Shown one piece after another: positions 35,101 through 48,509 of a DNA stretch of 64,000 nt; positions within the stretch are counted from its first letter, which is position 1; every line of letters begins with the position of its first letter. The notes below the pieces were generated by a model. That model saw nothing but the letters and a program-made list of their open reading frames with translations, was not told where the DNA came from and did not search any database. Position numbers and translations under genes: made by a program. This stretch comes from Moniliella sp. 'wahieum' (lineage: Eukaryota): assembly GCA_003971905.1 (NCBI GenBank), contig RSEE01000034.1, positions 558,001 to 622,000 on the forward strand, written 5' to 3'.

Positions 35101-38100
35101 CTTGCGTGGGCGCGCCAAGACGTCGCGGTCCTCCGTGTCGGTCCAGTGGGCATAATCTTTCAGCAGCCGGGCCGTCTGCATGGTCGACTTGAACGCATCG
35201 AGGTACGCTTGCACGGCTACCGCCCACTCTCCGGCCTCGACCGCGATCCAGCCCAGCGTATCGCCCGCCCGTGCGGCAGTTTCGTGCGCCTCGAGCTTGC
35301 TCTGCAATCGCTCCCATGCGGTCATACGTTTACGGTCCTGCTCCTCGGCCTGCTGGGCCAAAGCTGCGGCACTGTCAAACGCACGCAGAGCAACGGTCAA
35401 CCCTTCCTTTTGTCCACCCCCCTGCGCACGCGACATGATCACCTCGGCGTTGAGCAGGTGGGCACGCAAGCGCACCGCAGGGAAGGGCACGTGCTGCAGC
35501 ACACTAGCCAGCAACTCGGTGCCCAATGGCAAACCGAGGTGATGGTACTGCCGTGCCAGCTCTACCGACACGCGTTGCACCTGTTCGCTGGGACCCGCCG
35601 CGGCCGCCGTAGCGTCCACCAGCTTGTACAGTCCACACGTCAACTGCAACAGCTGCACCACGGCCAGGGTATGTCCCGCTGCGCCGGCCACTTCGACGGC
35701 CGTCTCGAGCATGCACGCGAGCCGCTGCGGATGGTCGATTCGTGGTACCAGCTTGACGCTCTCAGCGTGCGAGGCGGTCTTGTCCCGCTTCTCCTCCTTG
35801 ACCACCTTCTTGCGAGGCGGGGTGACCATACGGCGTTGCACCGGCGCCTGGATCGGTTGGAGCACACGTGTCACGCGCTCCTCGCTCTTGCTCTTGCCCT
35901 TGCTTTGGATCTCCTTGGTGCCTGCTGCCACGGCGGGCGGCTTGCAGGAGCGGTGCCAACAGGTAGCCACAACGCGCACCCGCTCCATCAGTTGCTCGTT
36001 GGGCTCGGCTTGCAGGTTAACCGCCCAATGAGGCTGAGCAACTCGCTGCGCACCAATCGGCTGTCGCGTACGCTTGCAATGCTTCCTCCTTGGTGCCCTG
36101 ATGGGCCGCGGCAAGCAGCGGCGCAGCTTCGGCAACAGGCCTCTCCCGATTCCCGGTCCCGGACCAAGAGGGCCAACTCGGCTTGGATCAACTTGATCCT
36201 GCCCTGCGCGCCGGGTTGTAGCAAGGGGTCCAGTTGGTCGCTGCTGGTGCAGCAACGTACTGCACACCGCGTGCTTGCGAGCGTGCGAGCAGAGCGGCAG
36301 CAGCGACACTGCCGCCTGCTCCAACAATGCCGACCGCGCCGTAGCCCGTATCTCGCCCGGTTTAACGCTGTCAACAAAGCCAACTCCCCTTCCTGCGGCA
36401 ACAACAAGTCGCATGTAGAGACCTACCACCGTCCGCGCCAGCTGGCCCAGCGAGCGAACCGCTTGTCGGCAAACACCTGGTCCAGCGACGTGCTCCGCGC
36501 TGCCTGCGCCAGCTGGGCCCAGGTCGAAGCAGGAGTGAGACGGAGAGCGTGGAGGTATGCGTCGAGCGCAGGACGCAAATGTTGCAGCGCTCGCTCGCAC
36601 ACGGCCAACGCTTGGTACCGCCGCTTCAAGGAGGCAGTAATGTTCGCCTCCCCTCGCAGGTCAGCCACTTTGGTCTGCAAGGCCGCCGGCAACGGTGCCG
36701 GAACCTTGCTCTGCTCCATTTTTTCGACCAGCGCCAAAGCTTGGGCGCCAAGCTCGCACGAGCGCTGCAGGAACGGCAGGGCGTCTCCCTGGTGTGCCAG
36801 CGCATACAATCTGTGGCCAGGGTAATACATCGCGATGCCGAGATCAATCAGGAACGCAAGCTCGGTCTCAGGGCCCCATTGGCTCATGATGGGCGTGGTC
36901 GCCTGGTTGGCAGGACGGATGAGACGCTCGCACTGTCGGAACGCTCGATCGCACATGGCTACCAGCTCGGCGTGAGAGTCGGTGTCGGGGGCCGAGACGC
37001 GTCCTTTCATGATCTTCGACGCGAGGTTGATCATGGCATCTAGCGTCGTTCCGTCGAGCGGGCGGCCTTGGGTGAGGGCCTTGCGGTAGGCCTGCAGCAG
37101 CAGCAAGGCAATCTGCTCGAGTTTGGCATGGTAGAGCGACTTGACCGCTGGGTCAGGGAGGCAGGAGAGCAGCCAGCCGACCCTGCGCCGGATCCGATCG
37201 ACGGCATGCAGGATCCTTGCCTGTCCTTCCTTGTCCACTTGGGCCAGCAACAACGGGCCCACGATATTGCCCACCCGTGTGAGCGCAGTGAGGATCGCAT
37301 CGTGCTCCGGACACGCTTCCGAAGAGGGGTTTTGGGTCGAAGTGATCCATTGGTCCAGCGTGGCGGTAGCGTGGGAGAGACGGGTGAGCAGCGCGCCGAC
37401 ATCCGTCTCTGTCTCCTTCTCTGTCTCCCGTGCCAGCGGGCGGGAGGAAAGCTCTTCAATCGTCTGGTACGCCTCCGCCTGGCCCGACTGCGTCCACACA
37501 AATCCATGTTAGTCCTTCTTCTTCTCTCTGCCCCCATTGGTCCCTCCTTACTCCTTCCTTCCCAGAACAGATCGTCATACACACCTTTCTTGCAATCATT
37601 GTCCACAGCTCAAATAGCTGTCCCCACGCTTGAAAGTCGAGCGGCAGTTTGCCACTTGCGCGGCCCAGGCGGGCCAATTCGGCGACGGTACGGTGAGCAA
37701 GGGTGTATGCTTCCTCCATATCTTCCCCCGCCGCCATTTGGCCTTCGGCCCAGAGCGTGGCCATCCGTGCCACATGCGACCAAAACCCTTTTCATCCATT
37801 GGCAACAACATTCGCACCGAAAACCATGCCGCGCAAGTGCAGTACCAGGGGCGACGTCTTGCTCACTACGCCCGATTTCGACAGCCGGTCCAGTGCCTGC
37901 TCCGTCCCACGGTCCAACGCAGCTACAGCACGGTTGAGGTTGGAACGGACTTCGGCCCAGCGTTTGTGTGTCGCGCCTTCGTCCGTCGCACTGCTGGCAT
38001 CATCAGCAGCAGGCGCATGGGCAGCGACAAACTCATGTGCGCTCTGATGCGCGGCACGCGGACCCTGGGGACCCTGCAACATCGCAACAAGAGGGGCCAA

Positions 38101-39402
38101 GTCGGCCTCGGACGTGGCCGTGGTGAGCGCGGCGGCGATGGCCAAGGCGGCCGTTTGAAGCTGGAGAACACATAGTTCAGCGTGCAACACCTTCTCTTCC
38201 CCTGGCACCTCGGTCAACTCGGGGGGCGCAAGGGCACGCGTGAGACTCGGTGGCTCTTTAGCCACACTCAAATCTCCAGCTTGAAGCATGTGGTAGAGCA
38301 CGACGCTCTCACGCAACGCGTCCTTGGTCGCGCCCCTGGCATGCAACTTTCGGATCAATGTGTAGAACGTGCCCTCCAGATCCGCCTGCCGTGCTTGGTG
38401 TTCCTGCCGCCGATGCAACAAGAGAAACTGAAGACTGATCTTGTAACTATCGAGGAGCACAGGGATACAGGCGTCCTTGGCGATCTCTTTCTCCTTTGCC
38501 GGGCCCGGGCGCTGGGACTTGCCGGCCTGGGTCCGGGTGGGCGCAGCAGATGGGGCAGAAGGACCAATCACGCTCACGATAGTGTTGACAACCACGCGTG
38601 CAAGATAGTTTTTCTGCCCAATAGAAAGGGTGGCAGCATAGGTGGGCAACGTCGCGGGTGGTTGGCGCAGCGCGAACCCCAGCGCATCTTCTGCGGGCAG
38701 AGTAAAGCCCAAGAGTGCAAGCAGTGGCGCTGTGGCGCTGCTGGTGGTGGCGACGGCGGGCGGGGCGAGCGCAGCTTTAAGGGTGCGGGCGACGGTGGCC
38801 AATTCGAGGGGTGGGAGGGAGGAGGGTTGGGGTTGGAATGGGTAGCGGCCACGCGAGGGGCAGCAGGCCGGGCAGTAGGCCGGGCAGCGGGCCGGGTGGC
38901 TGCTGCGCCGGGGCGGGACGCGGCAGCGGTGGAGGCAGGGGTAGGCTTGGCGCCGCGCGCTGCCAGAGGCCGGGATGGGGCGGCGGGAGCGGGGGCAGGA
39001 GCGGGCGCAGGAGCGGGGGCACGGCGCACAGGGCGGCTGGTGGGAGCCGGGGCGCGTGCGGGCCGGGGGGCCGGAGGAGGTCGGGTGGTGGGCGGGCGGC
39101 GGAAGGCGCAGGGGCAGCGGTGGTGCGTGTGCGTCGGGTGGACGCGGAAGCAGGGCGGGAGGACGACGAGGTCTGTGCGCGGGCATGCGGTGCGGCGGGT
39201 TGCGTGGCCGGCGCAGAGGCGCGGACGGGGGGCGGGGACGGGGACGGCGCGGACGCGACGGGGACGGGGGAGGAGGTCCGAGCGCTTCTGCCCCGTCGGC
39301 GTCGGAGGGGGAGGGCGCAGGAGGCTGCGGGTGGGAAAGCTGAGCCTGCGCTTGCGCCTGCGCCTGCTGCGCTTGAGCACGCGCTGCGCGTGTGGTGACC
39401 AT
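32163..39402 (-). CDS. ESP1: Separase (peptidase C50; Esp1/Cut1)
   Basis: C-terminal domain RRWWNDRRVLEERL..WLGGFK, HTFLLLDRHVQIIPWESMPIL, YYLLNPSGDL, catalytic LYFGHGGG and LWGCSSG, GCLWDTTDKELD, GAAVVLYGLPV. About 7 kb of upstream helical coding sequence starting MVTTRAARAQ. Introns 37584-37488 and 33340-33245; many frameshifts. Confidence 0.95.
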
Positions 39403-40080
39403 GTGCTCGCCGGTGTCGGTGGTGGAGGAGGGGGAGGGGGAGGTGGTGTTGACGGCTGGCGCGCGGTGGCATGTAGGCGGGGGCGTGTTGGCACCGCACG
39501 CGGTGGGCACGTGACCGTCGGCTGGCGTGTGGAATTGTGAAACTGTGAATCTCGTGGTGTCCAACGTTTCAAGTTCGAATTCGGTCGAGTGGTTCGGGTA
39601 TACTGGGATCCACCATCGGCATCCAGCAACGCTTGTTAGTATGTACGCGGGACGTGGGCTAACCATCCGATGCAGCCCACTGAGCAGGCAGGTTGCCCCA
39701 CCCTCGGCGCTGTGCTTGTGGCTGCCAGCCGCTGCCATCGTCCCACTCCCATCCTCCTCCTCGCCCTCAGCGCCCTCAGCTTCTCTGTGGCTCGCCCCGA
39801 TCGCGTCGCATCGCATCCTCTGTCTTTTGCCTTGCGTCTTCCGTGCACAGACAGGGCAGCCACAGCAGCAGGAAAGGGGGCAGGTATGTATGCCCCAGAG
39901 TGCCCCGTGCGAGCCACACTACTAGCATCGTCCAGCTGGCAGCTCGTCGCGTCTATAGCACACTATAGCACACACCAGTTTCTTGGGCGGAGAATTCGGA
40001 CTTGCAAAACACTGCCCCTGTGCTGCGCCCTGGACATGCACTAACCCATCCCGTCGACTTGCCTCCTCCCCCCCCGCGGG

Positions 40081-40087
40081 TATAAAG
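40081..40087 (+). promoter_or_regulatory. Putative TATA box of the SCOT gene
   Basis: TATAAAG 89 nt upstream of ATG 40170 in GC-rich surroundings. Confidence 0.5.
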
Positions 40088-40169
40088 GCTAAAGCGTTGG
40101 AGCCCAGGTCGGGAACGGTCGCCGTGTCGTCTGTTCGCCTCAGATCGCCATCTCGCTTGACCCCCCCCC

Positions 40170-42049
40170 ATGCTACCCCAACCTCTGTTCTCCTCCCCGC
40201 TGCCCGGCATTGCTCTCCGCGCCCTCGCCCGCCCCGCCATGGGGCAGGCGGTCCGCGTGGGCAGCCTCGCCGCTGTCCGCCTCCTTTCCACTTCCCGCGC
40301 CCGCTCGGCCATCTCCAAAGTATGGCCCCACACTCTCCAGCAGGCAGTGGCCGACGTGCCCTCGGGATCGACCGTGCTCAGCAGCGGCTTTGGCTTGTGC
40401 GGCACGCCTTTCACCCCTCCTCAACGCCCTCGCCGCCAGGGAGGACGTCAAGGACCTCACTGTTGTCAGCAACAATGCCGGCCTGGGCGACCAGGGCGTT
40501 GGTACGTTGACCCCCCCCCCCCCCACTCCTCTCCCCCCGTTCTTTGGCATCGAACCACCGCCATGCCCACGATCACGATCACGATTACGATTACGAGAAA
40601 AACTGACGTACGTGCGTGCTACCATCCAGGTGCCTTGGTGGCCAAGAACCGCGTGAAGCGTTTGATCTGCTCCTTCCTTGGTGCCAACAAGTTTGTTGAA
40701 TCCCAGTTCCTCTCGGGGCAGCTCCAAATCGAGCTCACCCCCCAGGGTTCGATTGCGGAAAAGACGGGGCAGGTGCATTTGGTATCCCTGCCTTTTACAC
40801 TCCTACGGGCACGGGCACCATGATTGCTCAAGGCGGTTTGCCGGTGCAATATGCCGAGCGCGACCCGCAGTCCAAAGATCCGCCCCAAGCCGTCGTGGTG
40901 CAGGATGCGAAAGAAGTGCGCGAGTTTGATGGTCGTTCCTACCTGCTCGAACGTGCGATTCGCGCCGACGTGGCCGTCATTCATGCATGGAAGGCAGATG
41001 AGATGGGCAACTGTGTCTTCCGCTATGCTGCAGGCAACTTTGCTCCGCTGTTTGGCAAGAATGCCAAGCTCACTATTGTCGAGGTATGTCGCGTCCTTAT
41101 TGAGGTAGCGTTGGCGGACACGCACTAACCCCCATTGACTAGGCAGAGGAAATCGTACCTACCGGCTCGATTGACCCGAACGAGGTCCAACTGCCCAGCG
41201 TCTATGTCGATCGGATTGTCAAGGCAACCGAGCCCAAGCAAATCGAAAAGTTGACCGTCTCTGATGCCGACACGAGCGGGGCCAAGCCGCCGGACCCACG
41301 CCGCATCCTGATCGCCAAGCGGGCCGCGAAAGAGTTTAAGAACGGTATGTCTTCCTTCCTCCCCTCCCCTCTCCCCCCTCCCCCCCGTACCCTCTGTTAC
41401 GACCGAAGAGGCCCCCAACCAGATCCACTGACCACCCTCCCGTCCTACCAGGATACACAATCAACCTGGGTGTCGGAATTCCTACCTTATCTCTCTCGTA
41501 CCTCGATCCTTCGATAGACGTGACGGTGCACTCGGAGAATGGAATTTTGGGCATGGGGCCGTACCCTACCACCCCGATGGTTGATGCGGACATTGTGAAT
41601 GCGGGCAAGGAGACTGTGCTGCTCAACCCGGGCGCGTCGACGTTTGATTCGGCCGAGAGCTTTGGCATGGTGCGCGGCGGGCACATTGACGTGACGATGC
41701 TGGGCGCACTGCAAGTGGGTGCCAATGGCGATCTCGCCAACTTTTTCATCCCGGGCAAGACGGTCAAGGGCATGGGAGGCGCAATGGACCTGTGCTCTCC
41801 CCCCACCAGACACGCGTGGTGGTACTGACGGACCATGTGGACAAGTGGGGCAAACCCAAGATTGTCCAACAAACCCATCTGCCCTTGACGGGCAAACAGG
41901 TCGCTTCCCGCATCATTACCGACTTGGCCGTCTTTGATGTCGACCGCTCCTCGCCCCAGGGCGGCCTGACCCTGGTGGAACTCCAGCCGGGCGCGACGCT
42001 CGAGGAGGTCAAAGAGAAGACCGGTGCGTCCTTTGACGTGGCGCTGTAA
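40170..42049 (+). CDS. OXCT1: Mitochondrial succinyl-CoA:3-ketoacid CoA transferase (SCOT)
   Basis: Presequence, [39 protein letters not shown], active-site [40 protein letters not shown]. Introns 40502-40629, 41084-41142 and 41345-41451. Confidence 0.95.
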
Positions 42050-43311
42050 CACGCCTCCCGCACAGCTTTGAACCGCCCCAACGAGCGCCCTGATGTAGAT
42101 AATGGCTGGCCAGTGGCACTGGCCTTGTGGCATGCATGTATGACTGTAGCGATAGCAAGGGCCCAGATCTACGTGCGATGCTCTCAGTGCCGTAGGCAAC
42201 TCCCAATCCGGCGGCGGCGCGCACGCCACGCGTAGCGCAACGGCAGAAGAGTCAGGCTGGCCAGAGCCTCACCCACACCAGGACCCCTTGGCCGCCTCCT
42301 GAGCCTCCCCTTTGGTTTGCGCGACGTGAGCGACTGAGGTGTTCTACGGGCTAGTATGGGGCACACAAAGCAAGAGGGGGGAAGAGGGGATGACATAGCC
42401 TTCAAGGGCAACCGGTTCAGCACTGCTGGTCTTGCTTGAAGCTTGACAGGACAATGGATAGGCCGTTGTTGAAACGGAAGAAGACGAGAGGGAGTGTGGC
42501 TCGGTTGACAGGCACAGGAGCAGGAGAAAGAGGAAAGGGGTAAGGGGTGGGGTGGGGGGCAGGGTTGAACGTACCCCCAGCCAACGTTGTTGAAATGGAT
42601 TGGCTTGATAAGTGGGACGACGTAAACTCGGCAAGGAGTAGGTCGTCAGTGTGCAACAGCACAATCAGGGAACGTGCAAGCACGGCGAGGAAAGATGCGA
42701 CTCCACAGGAAGTAAAGGTGCGATTGCATGCGGATTCCCACGCCGATGTAACGCGAGGAGAGTCCGCATGTGGCGCTTGATTCTGCGCACCTGGTCAAGG
42801 GGAAAGGGGAAGGGAGTTCGAAAGGTGGGGAGCGGGTGGTGCGAACCACCAAGAGAGAAGCGGGGGAGGTAGGGGGGGAGGAGAGGAGAGAGAGGAGGGG
42901 AGGAGAGAGAGAAGAGGAGGGGGATGCACCAACAAGACGGACGAGAGGCGAGGGACCCCCGAGCAGGAAAAGAGTGGAGAAAGGCCACTCCATCAAGAGA
43001 GGCGAGCAAGGCTGGGGGAGTATGTGGTGCATAGGAAGATGGGGTGGGGTGGTGGAGAGCGTTGTTACATATAGTACACAGTCTGGCGGTTCATGACCCA
43101 AAAGAGGAGCTTTCATTGGGGCCCTGGGACCGAAGGGTAAGATCCCATGCCCTCAGGTCTCCGCGGCGCGTACGTACACCGACCCCCCCCCCCCCGAGAA
43201 CGGACGAAGGAGAACGAAGGGAGACAGAAGAAGAAAGCAAGAACCTTTGCAAGAACCTTTGGGGAGGGGGGGGGGGGGGGCAAAAAAAAAGTGGCTAAGC
43301 CATCGCCATCC

Positions 43312-44876
43312 TTATTGGCGAGCGGCCAACGATGGGCCGCCGGCCCCGTTCGTCCCGCCACCACGACCGCGGCCGCGGTAGCCGCCACGTCCGTTGGGAC
43401 GCCGGTGGTTGCGGGGGTGCGTGTCAGTAAAGTTTTGCGACTGGGGGATGGTGGCAGCGTGCATGGCGGCCTGCGTCGGAGGGATTACAGGCAAGCCAGC
43501 CTGCGGGTTGGCGGGCGCCGGGGGCAGACCGGCCGCGGCGCGCCGTTGGGCCTCGCCTTGAGCCGCCGCCTCGCGCTCCCGATCGTCAATCAGCGCAGGG
43601 GAGACGTAGAGTTGCTTGTCAATGGTGCCCGGTATGGGCTGGATTTCGGTGCCGAGCTCTTGTTCGATGCGGTAGAGGTTGAACCGATCTTCGTACGTGA
43701 TCAGGTTGATGGCCAGACCCAGGTGGCCAAACCGGCCAGAACGCCCAATGCGGTGCAGGTACGTCTCGGCGTTCTTGGGGAAGTCAAAGTTGATCACCAC
43801 ATTGACCGCTTGGATGTCAATGCCACGGGTGAGCAGGTCAGAGCAGACCAGGTTGCGGCAGGCACCATGGCGAAAGTCGTGGAACACGCGGTTGCGGTGG
43901 CTCTGCAGCATCTTGGCGTGCGAGTAGAAGCACGAGTAACCCAGTTCGGTAATCTTTTTCGCCAACAGCTCCACACGGTTCGTCGAGTTGCAAAAAATGA
44001 TGGACTGGTTGATCTGCAAGCGGCTGAAGAGGGTGTTGAGGCAATGCACCTTTTGCCGCTCTTCAACATAGGCATAATATTGCGTAACGCCGCGCGCAGC
44101 GTCAGCTCGTCCATCAGGTTGATTTCAAATGCGTTGGTCATGTGCTTGTCCTTGAACGACTTGACGATCAGAGGGAAGGTGGCTGAGAAGAGCATCACCT
44201 GCCGGTCGCTGGGGAGCAGCGCCAGAAGCTGCTCCATCACCGGGGTGAACTCGGGGAGAGGAGTTTGTCGGCCTCGTCCCTGGCCACACAAGTCAGCGCC
44301 TGAGACAAAAAGAGCACAGAGGAGAAAACAGCAGCACATACATGGTGAATACGTGGCACTGGGACAGGTCGGCAATGCCCTTGCTGGCCAAGTCGAGGAT
44401 GCGGCCAGGTGTGCCAACGAGCACATGAACGGTCTGGGAAAGGCGGAGAATGTCGTCCTTGAGGCTGGTGCCACCAGTGGAGACCATGACCTCGACGCCC
44501 AGCTTGCCCAAGGTCTTGGTGACTTGGGACGTCTGGAGGGCGAGCTCACGGGTGGGAACGAGGATGACGGCCTGGATCTTGTTTTTCTTGGTGTTGACCT
44601 TCTCGAGAGTGGGGATAACATAGGCACCTGTCTTGCCCGTGCCGTTCTTGGCACGGGCGAGGATGTCACGGCCAGTGAGGGCAATGGGGATGGCCTCTTC
44701 CTGGATGGGGGAGGGGCGTTCGAAGCCAGCCTCAAAGATGCCCATGAGAAGCTCGCGCTTGAGGTAGTAGTCCTCAAAGTCGTTGCCTTGATGTCGGTCA
44801 CATCGGATGTTTGTGGGCGGTCGTCCTTGGGGGGGGCGGCGGCGTGGGCCTTCCAGTCGGGCGGAGCAGAGGCCAT
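43312..44876 (-). CDS. DHH1: DEAD-box RNA helicase Dhh1/DDX6 (decapping activator)
   Basis: [51 protein letters not shown] across intron 44341-44280, [30 protein letters not shown] tail. Confidence 0.97.
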
Positions 44877-46759
44877 GGCGGAGAGTGGGGGGGGCAGCAA
44901 GGGGGGGGTGCCGAAGCGGGCAGAGCGGTGGGGATGGGGGTGGGGATGGGCGGGGGAGGCGGGTGGTGGAGGTGGAGGTGGTGGAGGTGGTGGAGAGAGA
45001 CGGCGGCGTGGCCCAACGTGCCTGGGCCGTGGCTGCCGCCCTTCCTCGGCTGCTGGCTGGCGGCGAGGCAGGCAAGCCCGAGGCCAGCCCAGCGCCGCCC
45101 AAGAACGACCGGCCAGCCAGCCCCCACACTGCCCCCGTGCCCACCCGCTGGCGGCGCTCCATGCACTGCGCCTGCGCGCCGTCTGTCTGACGTAAGCGCC
45201 CCGGTGTTCTCGCACACGTGCAATGTTCAAACGCAGCTTGGAGCAGCTAGCTATTTGGGTTATCGTTTGCCCCACACCTCGTATCGGCACCGATTATCGA
45301 TTTCGATTACCGACGATCACGACACGAGCCACACCAGCATGGGGTGCATCTCCCCTAACGATCCCTCCGCCTCGCCCCGACTTGCCACCCGTGCCCACGC
45401 GCCCGTTTCATACCCGCCACCCTCCTTGGCAAGCCTGCCACCGGCCCACCCAAACTGGCCGCCGAGCAGCGTACGTATATTGCTCCCCGCTAAGGGATCG
45501 CGTGATGATTGCTGCCATGTTCGTCGAGCGGTCGGTGCGGGCGCACCTTGAGGCAGCAGGGCCGCAGTTTGATGCTTGTGCAGGAATCCCTAAAGGTGGT
45601 ATTGCCGACTGCGACTTTGCTGACGACTGGGACTTACGAAATGATCAATGTGTTGCACCCCAAGATGCCTGCCATGGGCCCGGCCAAGATGGTAGCAGGC
45701 AAATCCCCACTGCACTCTGATGTACACCTCGGACTTCCGCACGGAACACGCCCCAAGGCTATTTCCCCCATCTCTGCCTCCGAGACAGACGCCGGGCGGC
45801 CTCACCGCTCCCTCCTCGATCACAGCGGGCTAGCACGATACCGCGGGAGATGATAACCCATCGGAGATACATGTCGATGTTGACAAGAGCGGCAGAGCGC
45901 ATCTCTCTCGTCGCGTATACCCCTCTCTTCCACCCCAGTGACAATGCTGGCCTAGTATCGAGCATGGAGCGGGACTCTGACCCAAAGCAATATACAAGGA
46001 TGCGCTGGTGGAGCACGCCTGTTGGCCCTTCGCCACCCGTGCACGGGCTGCCACGCGCACCTATGCTGTCGAACGAACCAAGGTTGGGCAGAGCATCAGA
46101 GGCACCTCGAGATGCTGTCCCATTGTTATTGCCTGGGGAACACAAGGGCTACCCGGCACCTAACGCAGTGCAACTGGTGGGCAACGAGGCAGGCCACGTT
46201 TTCAGGCGATGCGGGTCAACTACTTTACCATTGATCGCTAAGTCGTTTTCCTGACAGACGTGTAGTGGCTGCAGTTACGGAGACGAGGGCTTTCCGGGCT
46301 GAGAAGGCCATGGCGACCAAGATGGTACTGCATCGAATTGTTGGCCTACAAACGGACAGTGTCAAGGGATAGGTTAAGTAGGCTGCTGCCCTGAGCACCC
46401 CACTGGTGGTCGACCAAAATATGCGTCGCGGAGTGGGATGATCGAATGATCATACACTCAGTGCTGGCAGTGAGGGGGGGGCGACATGGTATACGTGAAG
46501 CGTGACAGTTTGGTACAAAGGGGCGATGCACAAGGGTGCCTTGGAAGCCGTGAAGCCGGGCCGGCTCCAATGGGAGGCTGGGCTGAGCTCCGCCAGCCCC
46601 TGTGGCGCATAAAAAGGAGCTTCCCATGGCCTCCCTTGGGTGGGACAGTACATAAGAGCAGCCGAGTATGTAACACACTGCCGCTGGTGTCGTTCCTCCC
46701 TGCCTGCCCCCCCCGCCCCCTGGGTGTTTCGTGTTTGGCACCACCACCATCAGCTAGGA

Positions 46760-48206
46760 ATGACCAGCACCATGGCTGCTCAGTACCCCACCTTCACTAC
46801 TGTCAACATCTTCAGCAGCTCCAACCTTAACCGCCTCTCTTGGCTGCGCCCTGACAACCTCTTCCTCAACGCTGCCCTGCCCTCGGCCCGCCTCCTCGTC
46901 TTTGAGCGTGACCAGCCTCTGGTGCACACCCAAGGCAGCAAGCAGGGCCAACTGGCCAAGCTACCCTGGGACCAGTTCGCCGCCATTTTCCCTTTCCCTT
47001 CCTCCGATGCGTTTGGTGGTCAAGCCAATGGGGTGACGGACAAGGCGTTGGAGAAGCTAACGGAAGGCATGATCCCTGCCTCTTTGCCCCTCATCTTCCT
47101 TGGGGTGGAGGAAGAGGGCGGCAGCCAGCAGCTTCCCACCCAGGAAGGCAAGACCATCCAAGGTCAACCGTACTTTGCTCTTTCCGTCTCCTTTTCCCCG
47201 CTCGGGGCCGGGGCGGAACTGAAAGCGCACCTGGTCCAACAAGGCTATCAGTTTACCAACCTGCGCGACTTGGCCATCGCCTCCACCACCCAGCCTGGAT
47301 GGTCCTCGTTTGATGCGGCCTTGGCGGGACAGGCCAACAGCCTGTTGGATTGGAACCTGCGCAACCGGTTTTGCCCCGCCTGCGCGCAGCCGCAGATCAG
47401 CGTGTGGGCCGGGTACAAACGGATTTGTTCCTCGGCTGTGCCGAAGGGCGGGTCCGACGCGGCAGAAGGGGGAAACAGTACCGAGAGCAAAAGCTGCCCT
47501 TCCTTGCGCTCCATCCACAACTTCTCCTACCCGCGCACTGATCCCGTCACCATCATGGCTGTCCTTTCTGCCGACGGGGAGAGGATCTTGCTAGGGCGCA
47601 AACGGAATGTCCCACCAGGCTTATTTACCTGTACGCCCCCCCCCTCTCTGCTATTGCTAACGTGTGTCAGACATCTGGCTTGCTTCTAACGACGGGATGG
47701 GGTTTCGTCATACAGGTCTAGCCGGCTTTGTCGAGCCGGGGGAATCGTTGGAGAATGCGGTACGAAGGGAGGTGGAAGAAGAAGTGGGGCTCAAAGTGGG
47801 TGCGGTGTACTACCACTCGAGCCAACCGTGGCCGTTCCCCGCATCGCTGATGTTTGGTGCGATTGCGCAGCTGTTGCCTGGCCAGGAGACGATCGACCTG
47901 GACCTGGATCGGGAGCTGCACATGGCCCGCTTTTTTGCCCGCGACGAGATTTTGCTCGCGCTTCAGGCTGCCGAAAAAGATACTCCGCTCCTCGAGGTTG
48001 CCGAAGACGTGGACGACGAACACGCCAAGGACCAGCTGCCCGTCCTGAACTTTAGGTATGCATCTTCCAAAATCTTACCCTCTCATCCTCCTGTGCTCAG
48101 TTCACTGATCAACCCTTCCAGACTCCCTCCCCCGGCGGCAGTGGCCCACGTCCTCATCGCTGCCTGGGCTACCAAGCAGGCCATCCTTCCGCCGCCTGCG
48201 CAGTAG
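46760..48206 (+). CDS. NPY1: NADH pyrophosphatase / NAD-cap decapping Nudix hydrolase (NudC/NUDT12 family)
   Basis: LNRLSWLR, Zn ribbon DWNLRNRFCPAC..KRIC..SC, YPRTDP, Nudix box AGFVEPGESLENAVRREVEEEVG, SQPWPFPASLM. Introns 47631-47715 and 48056-48121. Confidence 0.95.
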
Positions 48207-48509
48207 ACCCCCACTCCAATTCCATTCCTCTCTTTCGCCTGCCGCATCACGGACAGGGCGAGTGCCGTCAGGGCACCTGCAAGGATCGTGATTTCTTTGC
48301 CTGAAGCTATATAGAGCAGAGGAATGCCTTGGAACAGTGTATTGGTACATGCTCAACCCAACATGAACGAACGCCATGACAAGACTACGCAGAGAGAAGG
48401 GGGTTGAGAGAGAGGAGGAAGCTCAGAAAGAAGAAAGACACATGACTCGGGGCGTCTTGGGTTTCGCCATACCGTTGAACCCCAAAGGTGTTTCCGTTGC
48501 CGAGTAGAA

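Noticed and set aside
34765..36825. 686-aa + strand ORF
   Set aside because: Antisense shadow of GC-rich separase coding sequence; no motifs of its own.
43147..45195. 682-aa + strand ORF
   Set aside because: Antisense shadow of DHH1 caused by codon bias.
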